64,000 nt of DNA from Nemertoderma westbladi (GCA_032718475.1 JAUCBJ010006746.1:1-64000); one strand, 5' to 3'. Counted from the stretch's first letter, positions 24,285 to 35,399 are shown. The notes: generated by a model from the sequence alone, not told the origin. Program-made: numbers and translations.

Positions 24285-26852
24285 CTATAAGTCCTTATTT
24301 CGTTGTCTCAATTTAAATTTTTTAATTTGGCTTTCCCGCACACTTTGTGATTCGTTTATGGATTTGTTTTTCCCGAACACATTTACTGCCGTCAAGAAGA
24401 CAACAGATTTATTGGACAATTCGTGCGCTTTACAACCAAATCCCAGGTCATAACTCCCACAGAAGTTCTCTAAGAGTACAAGAGCTGCGTTACGATAGTG
24501 TTTCATACTTTCGAGATACTTTTCCACAGCTGATAGAACTTTGAAGCACTCCGTAACAAGACAGTTCAGTTTAATCGGGGGTATAGTGAGTTTACCTCGG
24601 TTTAGAAGTTGGTGATAGCTACAATCCAGTACCAGATCTGTTTGTAACAACGTTTTACAATCCAGGCATGAGGTCTTAGCGAGCTTGTGAGCTGTATAGC
24701 CACTAATACAAACTATAATTTCTTTAGTTGTGGAATCAAACTCGGAAATATCAAGGTTTGCATCTTCGATAACCTTAATTAACTCATCACACGATTCAGC
24801 GTCATTGTCCGAACTTATAATAACTTGCGAGTAATCAATGTTAGCTTTCAGAAGTGATCTAATCTGGAGTATCTTTTCTGATTGCAGTGCTTCTTTGTGA
24901 CTTATGAGAAATCTACCACCATTCATCTGCCTATAGCAGCCATAACGTCGCTCTAACTTGTCACTCTGCAGTTTTCGAGTTAGAACATAGTCATAGGAGT
25001 CAGAACTCAGTAGGGTTGTGCATATATCAGCAATAGCATTATTTGTACAAACAAATGCAGATCGTGTTTGTGCAGTTAACATACGTTTACAAGAAATGGA
25101 ATCATTTAACCACACTGATAAATTCCGAAGAAACATTGGTTTACCATCACCAGAGACCATGGCATTTCCTATAGGATTTGGATGGAAACGCTGACCTGCA
25201 TTAACAACAAGCCACCAATGGCTGATAAGTTGAAGGAAATCAGCAGTGCATTTCTCATTTGGGAAGTAATATCGACATGCAGCTATTGTTGTTTCGTGAA
25301 AGATAGCAAGAGCGAGAGAAACACTCTGCTTACTGTTACCGAAGTGGGTAGCAGAATAGGTCAACTTTGGAGCCAGACTAAGATGGCTACCGAGCTTACT
25401 GTCTCTCTCTTCTATTTCATATAAGAGTTGCCATTTTACTTGTCCCTTAGATACGGTATATTGAGTTCCATTAAGAGTATATATAAATTCCCGATTTATC
25501 AGAAAGTATCGGAGTGAAGCGAGATTATTCCTAATATTTTTTATAATGTGAACAGAATCAAACATTAAATGTGGCATGTTATCTAGAGAAATTGATAAAG
25601 GAAGATTGACGTGTAGCTTGTCAAAAGCTGCGGTATTTACAGAGCTGTCATCAGTAATGACTGCAATAAGATTAAAGTTAGCACCACGGAGAATAGTAAT
25701 GCACATTTCAATACCCACCTGTACTGTAGAATGCGTCGCGGAAACAACTGGTTTGGCATGAATAACTATAGCAATAGATTTTTTCATTGAAGTCACCATA
25801 AAGCACACAAGACCAGAATAAAGTTGATCTGATGAGGCATCCTTACCAAAGAACTGACCACTACTATACATTTCCTGCTCCTGCAACTTAATCTCGTCTA
25901 CCAACAATAATATATCATTGGAAATATTACCAGACTCCCTCATTAATATTAGGGCAGCCATGCAATCCACAGTTCCCGAGGTGATACTACATAGTAATGA
26001 TAGTGATGGCAAAGGAAGTTGAGTCTTTAATAATTTATAGGCATTTACGGAAGTGTAACGAAGGAGTAAAGCAAACCTAATCTGCTCAGAACTGTATTTA
26101 GGGCGACCTTTTGGTTTTATAAATTGTAGAGAGAAGAAACTGCTAATAATCGACTCATTGTCATCCTTATGAATTCGGCAGAAGTTTAGTAGTTCAGAAA
26201 TCATTGTTGTAGAATTCAATTGGCAGTTATGAACAGATCGCAACCAACTTGGTAGAGTCAAAGGAATTCCATTATAGGATAATCTAACATTTAAGTTGTT
26301 ACTGATGTTTAACGTTTCAGAAATAGTTGGTATACCACTTACTATATTCAGTTTAAAGATTGTCAATGACTCAATGTCCGCTTTAACTTCATATCCAGTG
26401 AGTTCGATAGGCTTTGTTGCAATGTATTTATGCAGTTGTTCAAGGGATGAAATACGAGTTCGTTTTGTAAACTCCTCTAATTCGTCTGGTTGGAATAAAC
26501 GCTTAATTGGTTGTTTCCTAATAGGTGTAACTTGTTTGGCAGCCCAACTAGGAACACTCTGAGGATAAATACTTGGGTATGCTTCCTTCTTAAGAGTTGG
26601 CCTTAAGGTATTTCTATTAATGAACTCATTTTCAAAGTGAAGTATACAAACTTTGGAGCTACTGGATGGAGTCCAAGGTGAGGATAATGTATTCTCAGAA
26701 CGGTTTGACATAAACTGTAGCCATGTGTGATAAACCGGAGATGATGATTGCGGAAAACTAAACATGGATGGTGTAGGACTGGCGGTGGTTGAACTAGTCG
26801 ACTGTGATGCATATCCTGACTTGCAACCATAAACACAGCATTTCCCAACCAT
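24285..26852 (-). CDS. Intact P-element/THAP9-like transposase (about 855 aa)
   Basis: THAP domain MVGKCCVYGC...FSFP...W...WTP...VCILHF...AYPSI. Catalytic-region motifs LLVDEIK, VITDDSSVN, FDSVHIIKNIRN, QSDKLERRYG. C-terminal C..C...LLNRGKLTIP. Confidence 0.95.
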   Translation of the reverse strand: MVGKCCVYGCKSGYASQSTSSTTASPTPSMFSFPQSSSPVYHTWLQFMSNRSENTLSSPWTPSSSSKVCILHFENEFINRNTLRPTLKKEAYPSIYPQSVPSWAAKQVTPIRKQPIKRLFQPDELEEFTKRTRISSLEQLHKYIATKPIELTGYEVKADIESLTIFKLNIVSGIPTISETLNISNNLNVRLSYNGIPLTLPSWLRSVHNCQLNSTTMISELLNFCRIHKDDNESIISSFFSLQFIKPKGRPKYSSEQIRFALLLRYTSVNAYKLLKTQLPLPSLSLLCSITSGTVDCMAALILMRESGNISNDILLLVDEIKLQEQEMYSSGQFFGKDASSDQLYSGLVCFMVTSMKKSIAIVIHAKPVVSATHSTVQVGIEMCITILRGANFNLIAVITDDSSVNTAAFDKLHVNLPLSISLDNMPHLMFDSVHIIKNIRNNLASLRYFLINREFIYTLNGTQYTVSKGQVKWQLLYEIEERDSKLGSHLSLAPKLTYSATHFGNSKQSVSLALAIFHETTIAACRYYFPNEKCTADFLQLISHWWLVVNAGQRFHPNPIGNAMVSGDGKPMFLRNLSVWLNDSISCKRMLTAQTRSAFVCTNNAIADICTTLLSSDSYDYVLTRKLQSDKLERRYGCYRQMNGGRFLISHKEALQSEKILQIRSLLKANIDYSQVIISSDNDAESCDELIKVIEDANLDISEFDSTTKEIIVCISGYTAHKLAKTSCLDCKTLLQTDLVLDCSYHQLLNRGKLTIPPIKLNCLVTECFKVLSAVEKYLESMKHYRNAALVLLENFCGSYDLGFGCKAHELSNKSVVFLTAVNVFGKNKSINESQSVRESQIKKFKLRQRNKDL

Positions 26853-28415
26853 TATAATAATAGTTAGTATATACAGTATATATATGCACCTCCAAACCAT
26901 TATCAATAATCAATATCAGTAGGCCTAATCAATATTTATATATCCAGGTCAAATATGACTACCAAATGCAAATACAGAAATAGCCTATACTATTTTGGCC
27001 TACCGAAATATGACCTACCATTTACATAAAGGGGAATGTCACGATTTGGGTACCTTCAAATTCAACACAAAATGCAGAAGTATTTACCATTACTGGCCCT
27101 AGGGGAGGGGCCTTATGTTTAATTTTGTAAATTGTAAATTTGTACAAACTTATTAAATTAATAAAAATTTAGTATTTTGTATTGCTGTATGGCAGATGGT
27201 AATTGCAATTGTAGGTAGGGCCTACCCGAAACCGAAACGTGACTGTACCACATAGAGAAATAAATACCATACCACATAAAGAAATAAATATAAGGTTCTA
27301 CGGTAATGCATTTTAGGACCGATTTTTTACAGTACCGGTACTGGTATACAATAAACATAGCATTTCACATACGGTACCGGACCGGTCCGCCGGTAGCAGC
27401 AGGCCTATTGCTATTGCTGTGCTGCAGTAGCTGCCAGGCTGCTGCAGTTAGATTAGAAAAGGTAAAGCCTCATCACGTAGCTGCTTAAACAGTTAGGGTT
27501 TGGGCTAATTTAATTGACATATATATGACCTATTAATTGACCTATTTAATTACAGAATTAGGGTACAGGGGTATACTGGTATAGATGACGATGCTGGAAG
27601 ATTAAGTCGGTTCGGCAGTTCGGTTTCGTTCGTTCTGGTGGTACCATGGGTACCCTGACTGGAATACTTACATCAGTACATATTGTGCGCGCCGCAATGC
27701 AGTTAAACCTGTCTGCCTGTAGGTGGTAGGCCTAAGTATTCCAGTCAGGCTGGGGGCTGGGGGTTGGAGGTCCTACCTGGTTATGCTTTGAAAAGTCGCC
27801 TACCTCCTGACCTCAGCTTGCAGCTAGTCGGCCAGTAGGCAGTAGGTAGAAATACTTTTAATTTTGAACACTAGGGCCCTAAGGCAGTACCAAGTACCAG
27901 TCTGCTGGTCCTGCAGTCCTGGTAGGTAGGTACTGGCGAAAATGACTGAGTAGTGTACTGCATACTGGTGTACTCTGGTACTGCTGCTGTACTGTATGGC
28001 AGTATGATAATGTATACATACAGATAGCTGTATCCTGTATGGATAGTGGATAGGGAACAGTCTGGTGACAAACCTGAGGTATACAGGACCGGTATTGGTT
28101 TATTACTGTAGGCCATAGCTAATGAATGAATCTATTATAATAATAATTATTTATTCCCTAACATTATCATACCTGGAAGGCAAGCTATATTTAAATTTTA
28201 AAAACCGGCCCACTAATTTCGGGGGGCTGCTGCAGCTTGGCAGGTCGTACTTTAGTAGGTCATGCTGGTATATAATTATCAAATCGAATAATACTGCTGT
28301 ACCTGTACTGCTGTAGGTACCGGTCCGGGTGGTTAGGTAGTCAGGCCTACTAGGTACCGGTTAACCGGTACTTCAGCTTTATTGCCTACCGCAATACAGA
28401 AGCTATATCTGTTAT

Positions 28416-29651
28416 TGTACGCGCTTTCAGACCTTTAGCAGTTTAACCTGCCAAATTGGGATGTCTTCTACATAATAAATCGACTTTAGCCTATGACGAG
28501 TATTTGATACACTACATTAGCCGAAGCCAGTCTATGCGCGACCATTCACCCGCTGGATATACCCGGGAGACTGGATTCGGAAGCTTAATCTTATTGCGGT
28601 GTAGGCCTACTGTATTATTCGACTGATCGTAATATATAATCTCTGACAAATATTATTCACTTTCGGGAAATATTAACAGTTCCTTTAGGACGTGGCGCTC
28701 TAAATATGTAAACAGAGTTATGACTTAAACTAGACACAACGGGATGGCTATAGATTCACGTATATGGCGCATTCTTTAGGATATGCTTTGTTATCAGTCA
28801 CAATCATACACACTACTGCACAATACTGCACACCGATCTGCCGACCTTCACTAATTTTAGTCACATATAAAGAGAACAACAACCGACTCATGTAGTGCCT
28901 ATGAAATAGCATTAGATTCACTCCAAAACCACTTTAATGTAAGTCGCAATTGGTATATGTAACCGGTCTCTCTTACCTTCAGTATATCAAGAAGATTGAG
29001 GGTTTTATAATTATTTATCGATATTCCAAATATAATAATATTCCATCAACTGATATAATGAATAACCGACAGTAAATAGCAGTAAAAATGCGGTGTTTGT
29101 AGTTGACAATATGATTAGGTGAGTGAGTAAGTAAGATAACAGATATACGTTCTATAATTAAGCCTACTAATGTTGGGCTAAAGTCTGAAAAACACAGAGA
29201 TTCCAAAGCCGGTCTTCTAGGCTCGGGAAAACCAACACAACTGATCCCTCTGGGCTGTTGTAGGTATCTTTCAACACAAAGAGAAACAGCTCTCATTGGC
29301 CGAGTTCCAGATTCTGTAGGTTCCACGAATGTCTAAATGCCGAACTATTCGGGTTTTTGCAGCCCATATTCAACACAAGGCGAAATCGCTCTGATTGGTG
29401 GATCATTGTTCTGATTGGTTGATCGAACAGAACAAAGAGCCTATAGGCGTACAGCAAATCGGTTGGTAGATTGCGTCATTTGAGTTAGGTAGTTTAGAGT
29501 ATTTGAGCGCATTGGGGGAAACTGGCTTTTTATGTCCGCTAAAGCACACATGCAGACACAGCGGGTAAATCGCTAGTTATGTCCTCTAAAAACACCTTAC
29601 ACAGTACATTGCGGAGAAAAGGGCCAGTTATATCCCGCAAAAGCTTTTACA
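28416..29651 (-). repeat. 5' LTR of element 2 (1236 bp)
   Basis: Near-identical to 11867-13093; TGTAC...TTTACA. Confidence 0.95.
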
Positions 29652-31629
29652 TTTATGCTGTTGCTATTATACAGTACAGGCCACCAGAAAAAGCAGATTT
29701 CATCCAATGTGATCACATGTGAATACATTTGTTCAAGTCATCTGATTGGCAGGTTATGGCGAGTTATCTAGCTAACTTGCTGGGACCGACAAAGGCTTAG
29801 TGTGCGGTGCGCCTGTATGTCTGATATCAGGTAGATGAGAGAGCCCACAGGACGTAACATTGCGGACATGGGCTGTATTGGTAGAGAGAGAATTACATAC
29901 AAGACCACATGGAGGTTCATGGAGTGTATGGGAGTGGGTGGGTATATGGATGGACGAGCCTAGACCATTGAATAATTAATTTAGTGCAGGGAGATGTCGC
30001 GCCATTAGTCTGACACCGAGAGGGCACAGAGAAACACCAGAAGATGGCTTTACATCACTAACTATAGGCCTGCCTACTAGACACTATTAATCGCACACTA
30101 TAAAGGTAAACAAAATCCTTATCGCATTTCCAGCTGCAATGAGTGACAGTTCGCGGCAAACTACAGAGAGTTTCCAGATTACTAAGCGTTTCAAAAGTAT
30201 TCAATTGTATCCTTTGGCGAAAAAATTTTGGTTGTTGCCAATTCAATTATGTTCAATTATGTTCAATTGTCCCGTTCAACAACATTACATTACACTGGTA
30301 CACATTTGATAAAATGTGTTCACAATTGTACAAATCTGCGTTTTCTGGTGGCCTGTACTGTAACTCAGTAACGTAATTAATTAGTAATACGTATTCTGGA
30401 ATACTTAGTAATTAGTACACAAATCTGTATTTTTTGAGACACTAATTTATTTAGCTTTTTTTTTTAGAATAAAATTAAGAACTTGTGCGCTGCATAGCGG
30501 AGAATAGTTGGGTAAATTACGTTTAGAAATACCTTAGAATATTCAACGCTAGGCGGTTATTTGAAAGTTGCGGGTCGGCAGGCTGACAGCGGTAGTGAAG
30601 GTAGCGCAGTAGTAAATTTGCTGGCTTAAACCAGCGCAAGATCCAAGTTTCGACATTAGGGCAAATTAATATCCTATTCCGTTACAATATTAAAATATTC
30701 TCACATTCGACAGCGTCCCGCCCAGCAACTGCTTGTATTCCTCTGTGGAAAGTGAACGCCGAGTGTTAAACCACCCGCACTCATATTAAGTAGCTTAGGA
30801 AGCCAGTTCAGATTTATTGTTTTGGTTATTGCTGTTTGGCTTATAAATTCGAACAGTTAGCTCTCTGTTGAGATTTCGACAGAGAAAGGAGCGTGTGATT
30901 GACAGAGCCGTACATAGTTTGCAATAGTAAACGGTCGCGTCTATATAGTCCAACAGTAAAAGGTTTTGTTTGCTGTATCGTTCAACAGGAAGGGTTTGAA
31001 AAAGCTTCATATTCACTATAAAAACTTACGTTGATGGTAGCAAAACTATATATGGAGTAAAAGGCAATAAAATGGGCTTTCCATTTCTGTAGTCAAAATC
31101 TCAAAATACTCGTTTCTGATTGGCTGATGGCAAAAAAGTTAATTTTCATTGGTTAGTCGTCTAAAACACTACTCCTCATTCAATCTGTGGTGGAATTTGC
31201 TGAAATTTGCTGAGAACATTCATGAGGTACTGTATGTTGCCACAAAACTCTTTGACAAAATTTCAAATTTCACAAAAATTAAATTTTTAAGGCACTTTTC
31301 GTAATTCAAAATTTAGATAATTGAATTTTTTCATACATTATACTTATCATACATATGACTACATTTTTGGTTATAAAATGATAACAAAGTCGAATTTCAA
31401 ACTTCTGTCGAAGAGTTATATTCTTATTGATTTTATGATCAGAACAAAAAAAACAGAATCCAAATCCATTGAGAAATGGCGGTGGAGTAGCATTTTGAAA
31501 AATTTAGAAAATCCCAAAATCGAGAACATAATAAAGACCAGTAAAATGCATTTAAAGTTTTTAAACCTTCCCGCGCAAAATTGTCTATCTGACTGTAATA
31601 ATTTAAATGGTAATTTATGCCTCTTAATA

Positions 31630-31830
31630 ACAATTAAAGAGGCAAACAGCTGGAATTTTCGCTTGGGGGTTTTTGAGGCAGGTGATTTCATTTCAGATAA
31701 TAGTTTTCATGCTGTGGCAAAATCTAATCTGTCTGTCTGTGTCAATGTCCATCCGTCAATGGACAGACGTCGGCAGACAGAAAAACGATGGACAGATCGT
31801 CAGACAGACTTAGTAATATTGACTTGGGAG
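31630..31830. repeat. Fragment resembling the internal motifs of the 23584-24207 MITE
   Basis: ttttcgcttgggggtttttgaggcaggtgatttcatttc resembles the reverse complement of 23710-23757, and both regions have GACA/TGTC runs. Confidence 0.35.
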
Positions 31831-32327
31831 TTTAGATTACCGAATTAAATTACAGTAAATGGGAATAAAACAAAAGTGTTAGCTGGATGGGCTGGATAGC
31901 TTTCTTAGACTTTGACGGACAAACTGATATTGCTTTATCAAATTTTGATTAGAAAGACCGAAAGACAGATATAAAATCAGCCCCCCCCCCCCCCCCCCCC
32001 CCCCTTAAATACAAGACGGGATTTATATTTCAACGTTTTTAGAATTTATAGCATCTCATTTTAAAATATTTTTAGTCCTTTAGATATTATTTAGATGCGA
32101 AAATTAACAACAAAATGAAACATGAGGAATAAAATTGAAAATTATAATTAAACTAATTACAGTAGAAAATAGTGAGAAGGGCAAGAGCTTACGGATTTAA
32201 CATAAATTACAATGTAAACATGAGAATGTTTAATATATGAAATATATTGATTATGATTTATCTTTGATCGCTCCTATCGATATCAATATGGTAATTCGAA
32301 ACAATTCGTCGTAAGATAGATATAGAC

Positions 32328-34082
32328 TTAGTAAGTATCTGGTTTTTTGAGAAACGATAATACGAGTTGGGCCACTAACATCGCAGAGCAGACTACCCAA
32401 AAGAATATCTCAACCGATGTGAGTCCAATACATGTCTGTTCGTAAAGAGCCTCTTGGCCATTGATTTCTCTGTAAATAGAAATCGTGTTAGCGGCGATGC
32501 CCCAGATGACGAGTAAAATGGCGAACCCATTGAGCCAGACAGTGGCCCTGATACTGCAGGTCGCGATGTCGCGATCACTAGCGACACCTCTCATCCCGAG
32601 GAGACCCGCCAACAACACGACCACGCCTACCCACACATCCGTACAATGGAACCAATATTTGCAATCGTACTCGATTCGAGCCGCACCAACACAAATAACG
32701 GCTATCGCCAATACCACGAGACCAAAACTGGTGATAGCGTAGCCGCTTCGGAACCTCCATAGGTTGTGGCGTTCCAGAGATTCAACTGTATCGCTTGACT
32801 TCATAGCGGAAACGAATGTATTGGCTACGGCGATCTTCTTCACCGGTCGCCAAGATTTTGAATTTTTCGAGGGAGAAGAGAGCAGCCATCTGTTGCGCTT
32901 TTCTTTGTCGGGGTTACAGAATGTTTTTATTCCGGCGAGACTTATCTGTAGGAATGACACGATGATCTCCAGAATGCATACCATGATGAATACGATGCTG
33001 ATTGGTCGACATTTGTTGGCGGATAGTGCGATCCATTCATCAGTGCCCCAAACCCAGGACAAAGATATTGAGCCGTCAATGAGGCCCCAACTCGAAAGAG
33101 CAATTGTGATGCAGCCGTTAATGACCGTTATGGCGAGCGCGTGTTCCGAGAACACGCTGTCTACGTGACTACCATACAGCCCGAAGATAGATGATAAAAG
33201 AATGAAAAATGAAAGAAAAATCCCGGTGTTAATCCAACCCAAAGGGCACTGCTGATCTAATCGAATGGCGCCGACAAGTAGAAATATTAGAGCCAAAACG
33301 AGCTGCACGGTAGCCAGCATCGAGTTGCCATCTTTATGTTTCCATGGTTTCTGAAAGGTTGCCATGACCGCGAGACTGGCCCTGCGAAGACTCTTTCTCA
33401 TCGACATTTTCCTCCCAGACTCTCCGTTTTCGACAATAGAGACTCGTTTTGATTGCGCGGCTGCCGGTCTCGGGTCCGTTTTCGCCATCCTCGGCTCGTC
33501 CGGGTCGCTCTCCTCAGCGTCGCGCTTTTTATTTGATTCCCGAATCTCTCCCAACACGGAATCCCGGTTATACAGCGGTACGTCCGGGATGCTGCTCCTA
33601 CCCTCCGCCGCCCTCCTACTGGCCCTCAATGCCTCCTCTCTTCGGATGTTCTCCTGTTCCCTCCACTCCTCGTCTTGCTTCCGAAGTGACGCCATCTTAC
33701 GTTCGTACTCCTCGCGTTCCTTCCTCTCCTCCCATTCGCGGCGCTTCTTTTCCAGTTCCTCTTCCTGGTAGAATTGAGTAGACATCTTCTGAGCTTCCAC
33801 ATCATTACTTGCCTTCTCCACCGACTCATTATCGACTCGTCCCTTCGACTTGTGCTTCTTCTTATGTCGTCGTTTCTTTTTGTGTCTTTTTTCCCGATTT
33901 TCCCGCTCCCGGCTTTCTCCGCCCTCCACCTTATCTCGCTTGCGTCTCCGATGTCGTTTGCGTCGTTTCGCATCGCTACTACTACTACTGCTGCTGCTAC
34001 TGCTGCTGCTACTGGAACTGGATCGCTTCCTGCGACGATGTTTCCGTTTTATTTTAACTTCATTTTCCGCCTCTTCTTTCAT
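32328..34082 (-). CDS. Uninterrupted 584-aa membrane protein: K/R/S/E-rich N-terminus plus two tandem CD20/MS4A-like 4-TM modules
   Basis: Long GC-richer ORF in AT-rich flanks with 8 hydrophobic segments. Internal repeat LVLALIFLLVGAIRLDQQC..TGIF..LLSSIFG versus VVLAIAVICVGAARIEYDC..TDVW..LLAGLLG. An acceptor-like TTCCAACAG lies just upstream of the ATG. Confidence 0.85.
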   Translation of the reverse strand: MKEEAENEVKIKRKHRRRKRSSSSSSSSSSSSSSSSDAKRRKRHRRRKRDKVEGGESRERENREKRHKKKRRHKKKHKSKGRVDNESVEKASNDVEAQKMSTQFYQEEELEKKRREWEERKEREEYERKMASLRKQDEEWREQENIRREEALRASRRAAEGRSSIPDVPLYNRDSVLGEIRESNKKRDAEESDPDEPRMAKTDPRPAAAQSKRVSIVENGESGRKMSMRKSLRRASLAVMATFQKPWKHKDGNSMLATVQLVLALIFLLVGAIRLDQQCPLGWINTGIFLSFFILLSSIFGLYGSHVDSVFSEHALAITVINGCITIALSSWGLIDGSISLSWVWGTDEWIALSANKCRPISIVFIMVCILEIIVSFLQISLAGIKTFCNPDKEKRNRWLLSSPSKNSKSWRPVKKIAVANTFVSAMKSSDTVESLERHNLWRFRSGYAITSFGLVVLAIAVICVGAARIEYDCKYWFHCTDVWVGVVVLLAGLLGMRGVASDRDIATCSIRATVWLNGFAILLVIWGIAANTISIYREINGQEALYEQTCIGLTSVEIFFWVVCSAMLVAQLVLSFLKKPDTY

Positions 34083-34199
34083 TATAACTGTTGGAATTTA
34101 AACACGTCACTCGGCATATAAATTTAAATTGTTACGGTACCTAGTATTAACTAATTATAGTATATTATTATATGAATTATATAAAAAATCCTCCCTTTA

Positions 34200-34549
34200 T
34201 TTATATGAAATGATAATTATTTGTGTAAGATTATTTATATTATACTGAATGGGAGAATCTTTTAGGCTCATTAAGCCAAGGAATGTCTTTTCACCATCGT
34301 GGGTGATATTCCTAAACCCTTCCACTTTGTTTCCAAGTAATATAATAATATGAAACCACTCATTCACCCATAACACCAATACCAAGTTGCCTTCGTTCCC
34401 ATTTATCGACCAGTCAAGGGTGAATGCCTGGGTTGGGCTAGGCTGCAGCATTTAAAGCACTGTGCCCAAACAGTGCTGCCCAATCCAGGGATCGAACCAG
34501 GGCCTTAATGGATTGGAAGGCCCTTAATGTCACCACCACTAGACCAAGC
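34200..34549 (-). mobile_element. tRNA-derived SINE remnant (tRNA-Gly-like head)
   Basis: Minus-strand A box TGGTCTAGTGG, loop CTTCCAA and B box GGTTCGATCC at 34477-34549, followed by a non-tRNA body. The 3' end is approximate. Confidence 0.55.
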
Positions 34550-35399
34550 TAGTTTTATTATATTTATGATTTAAATTATAATAGTTATTTACTTATGACT
34601 ATCAGCAACCACATTATGTGTTAGTAATAATTTAATATTAATTTCAAATCTGGGATGTGATAGATCATTATAGATAGATGTATATATATAGATTATTTAT
34701 ATATATGTCATTCTATTGTAAGGAAACACTCCTCAACTTCCAGTATATGTATCCTGAAGATGATACTGCGGTTTTTAGTTTCACATAATCTACATGATTC
34801 TGTAATCGACATCGTCATAATTAATAAAATGAAATCTCAAATTTGTAATATATTCATACCAATTATAGTTGTTCAAAAATTGTTATAATTTCTACCTATA
34901 GCTAATCTAGTCCCACTTTACACGATTACATATTGGACTTGGCCTACATAACCATCGTAAATCTGTAAAATGACATAAAACCTAATCATAAAGAATCAAT
35001 AAATCATGTTTGTTATATTAGTTATAACTTTCATATTAGTTGAGGGATTGTATCAACGGTAGGCCTACACACATCCTAGCAACGGGAATAATTAATTAAA
35101 CTCCTTGCCAAAAGTAACCCCATACAGTTTACATAGTTAAAGACCATATGACTGATGAACCATAATCTTTACGAATAAATTGAACCTAATTATTTTATAA
35201 AGTATAAAGCGTAAATTACATTACGATGGGGCCAGATTTTCGAACCATAGAGTGTTAACTAAATGTGTTTTGGGGCAGAAAAGATATTAGTGACGTGACA
35301 TTATAGCTAATGTAAATTATCAGAATTGATACATAATGACCTCCCATATTATCACATAAGTATTTTAACTTCCATTGTCTTTAATTTGAATATTTTAGA

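Larger units (their letters stand above)
23141..28264 (-). mobile_element. P-superfamily DNA transposon nested in element 2
   Basis: Imperfect TIRs of about 60 bp, CATGACCTACTAAA..ACGACCTGCCAAGCTGCAGCAG...AAATTAGTGGGCCG, at both ends; 7-bp TSD CCGGTAT/CTGGTAT (1 mismatch); encodes a THAP-DDE transposase. Confidence 0.92.
11867..29651 (-). mobile_element. Full-length non-autonomous BEL/Pao-type LTR retrotransposon (element 2) with nested insertions
   Basis: LTRs of about 1.23 kb (TGT...ACA) at 11867-13093 and 28416-29651, a perfect 5-bp TSD TTTAT (11862-11866 and 29652-29656), PPT-like GGGAGCGG before the 3' LTR, and gag-PR on minus. Confidence 0.93.

Noticed and set aside
31321-31848. 175-aa ORF
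   Set aside because: Non-ATG start, very AT-rich, overlaps repeat-like sequence, and has no protein motifs.
32393-34121. Antisense and alternate-frame ORFs over the 584-aa gene
   Set aside because: Shadow ORFs of a low-complexity, GC-richer coding region.
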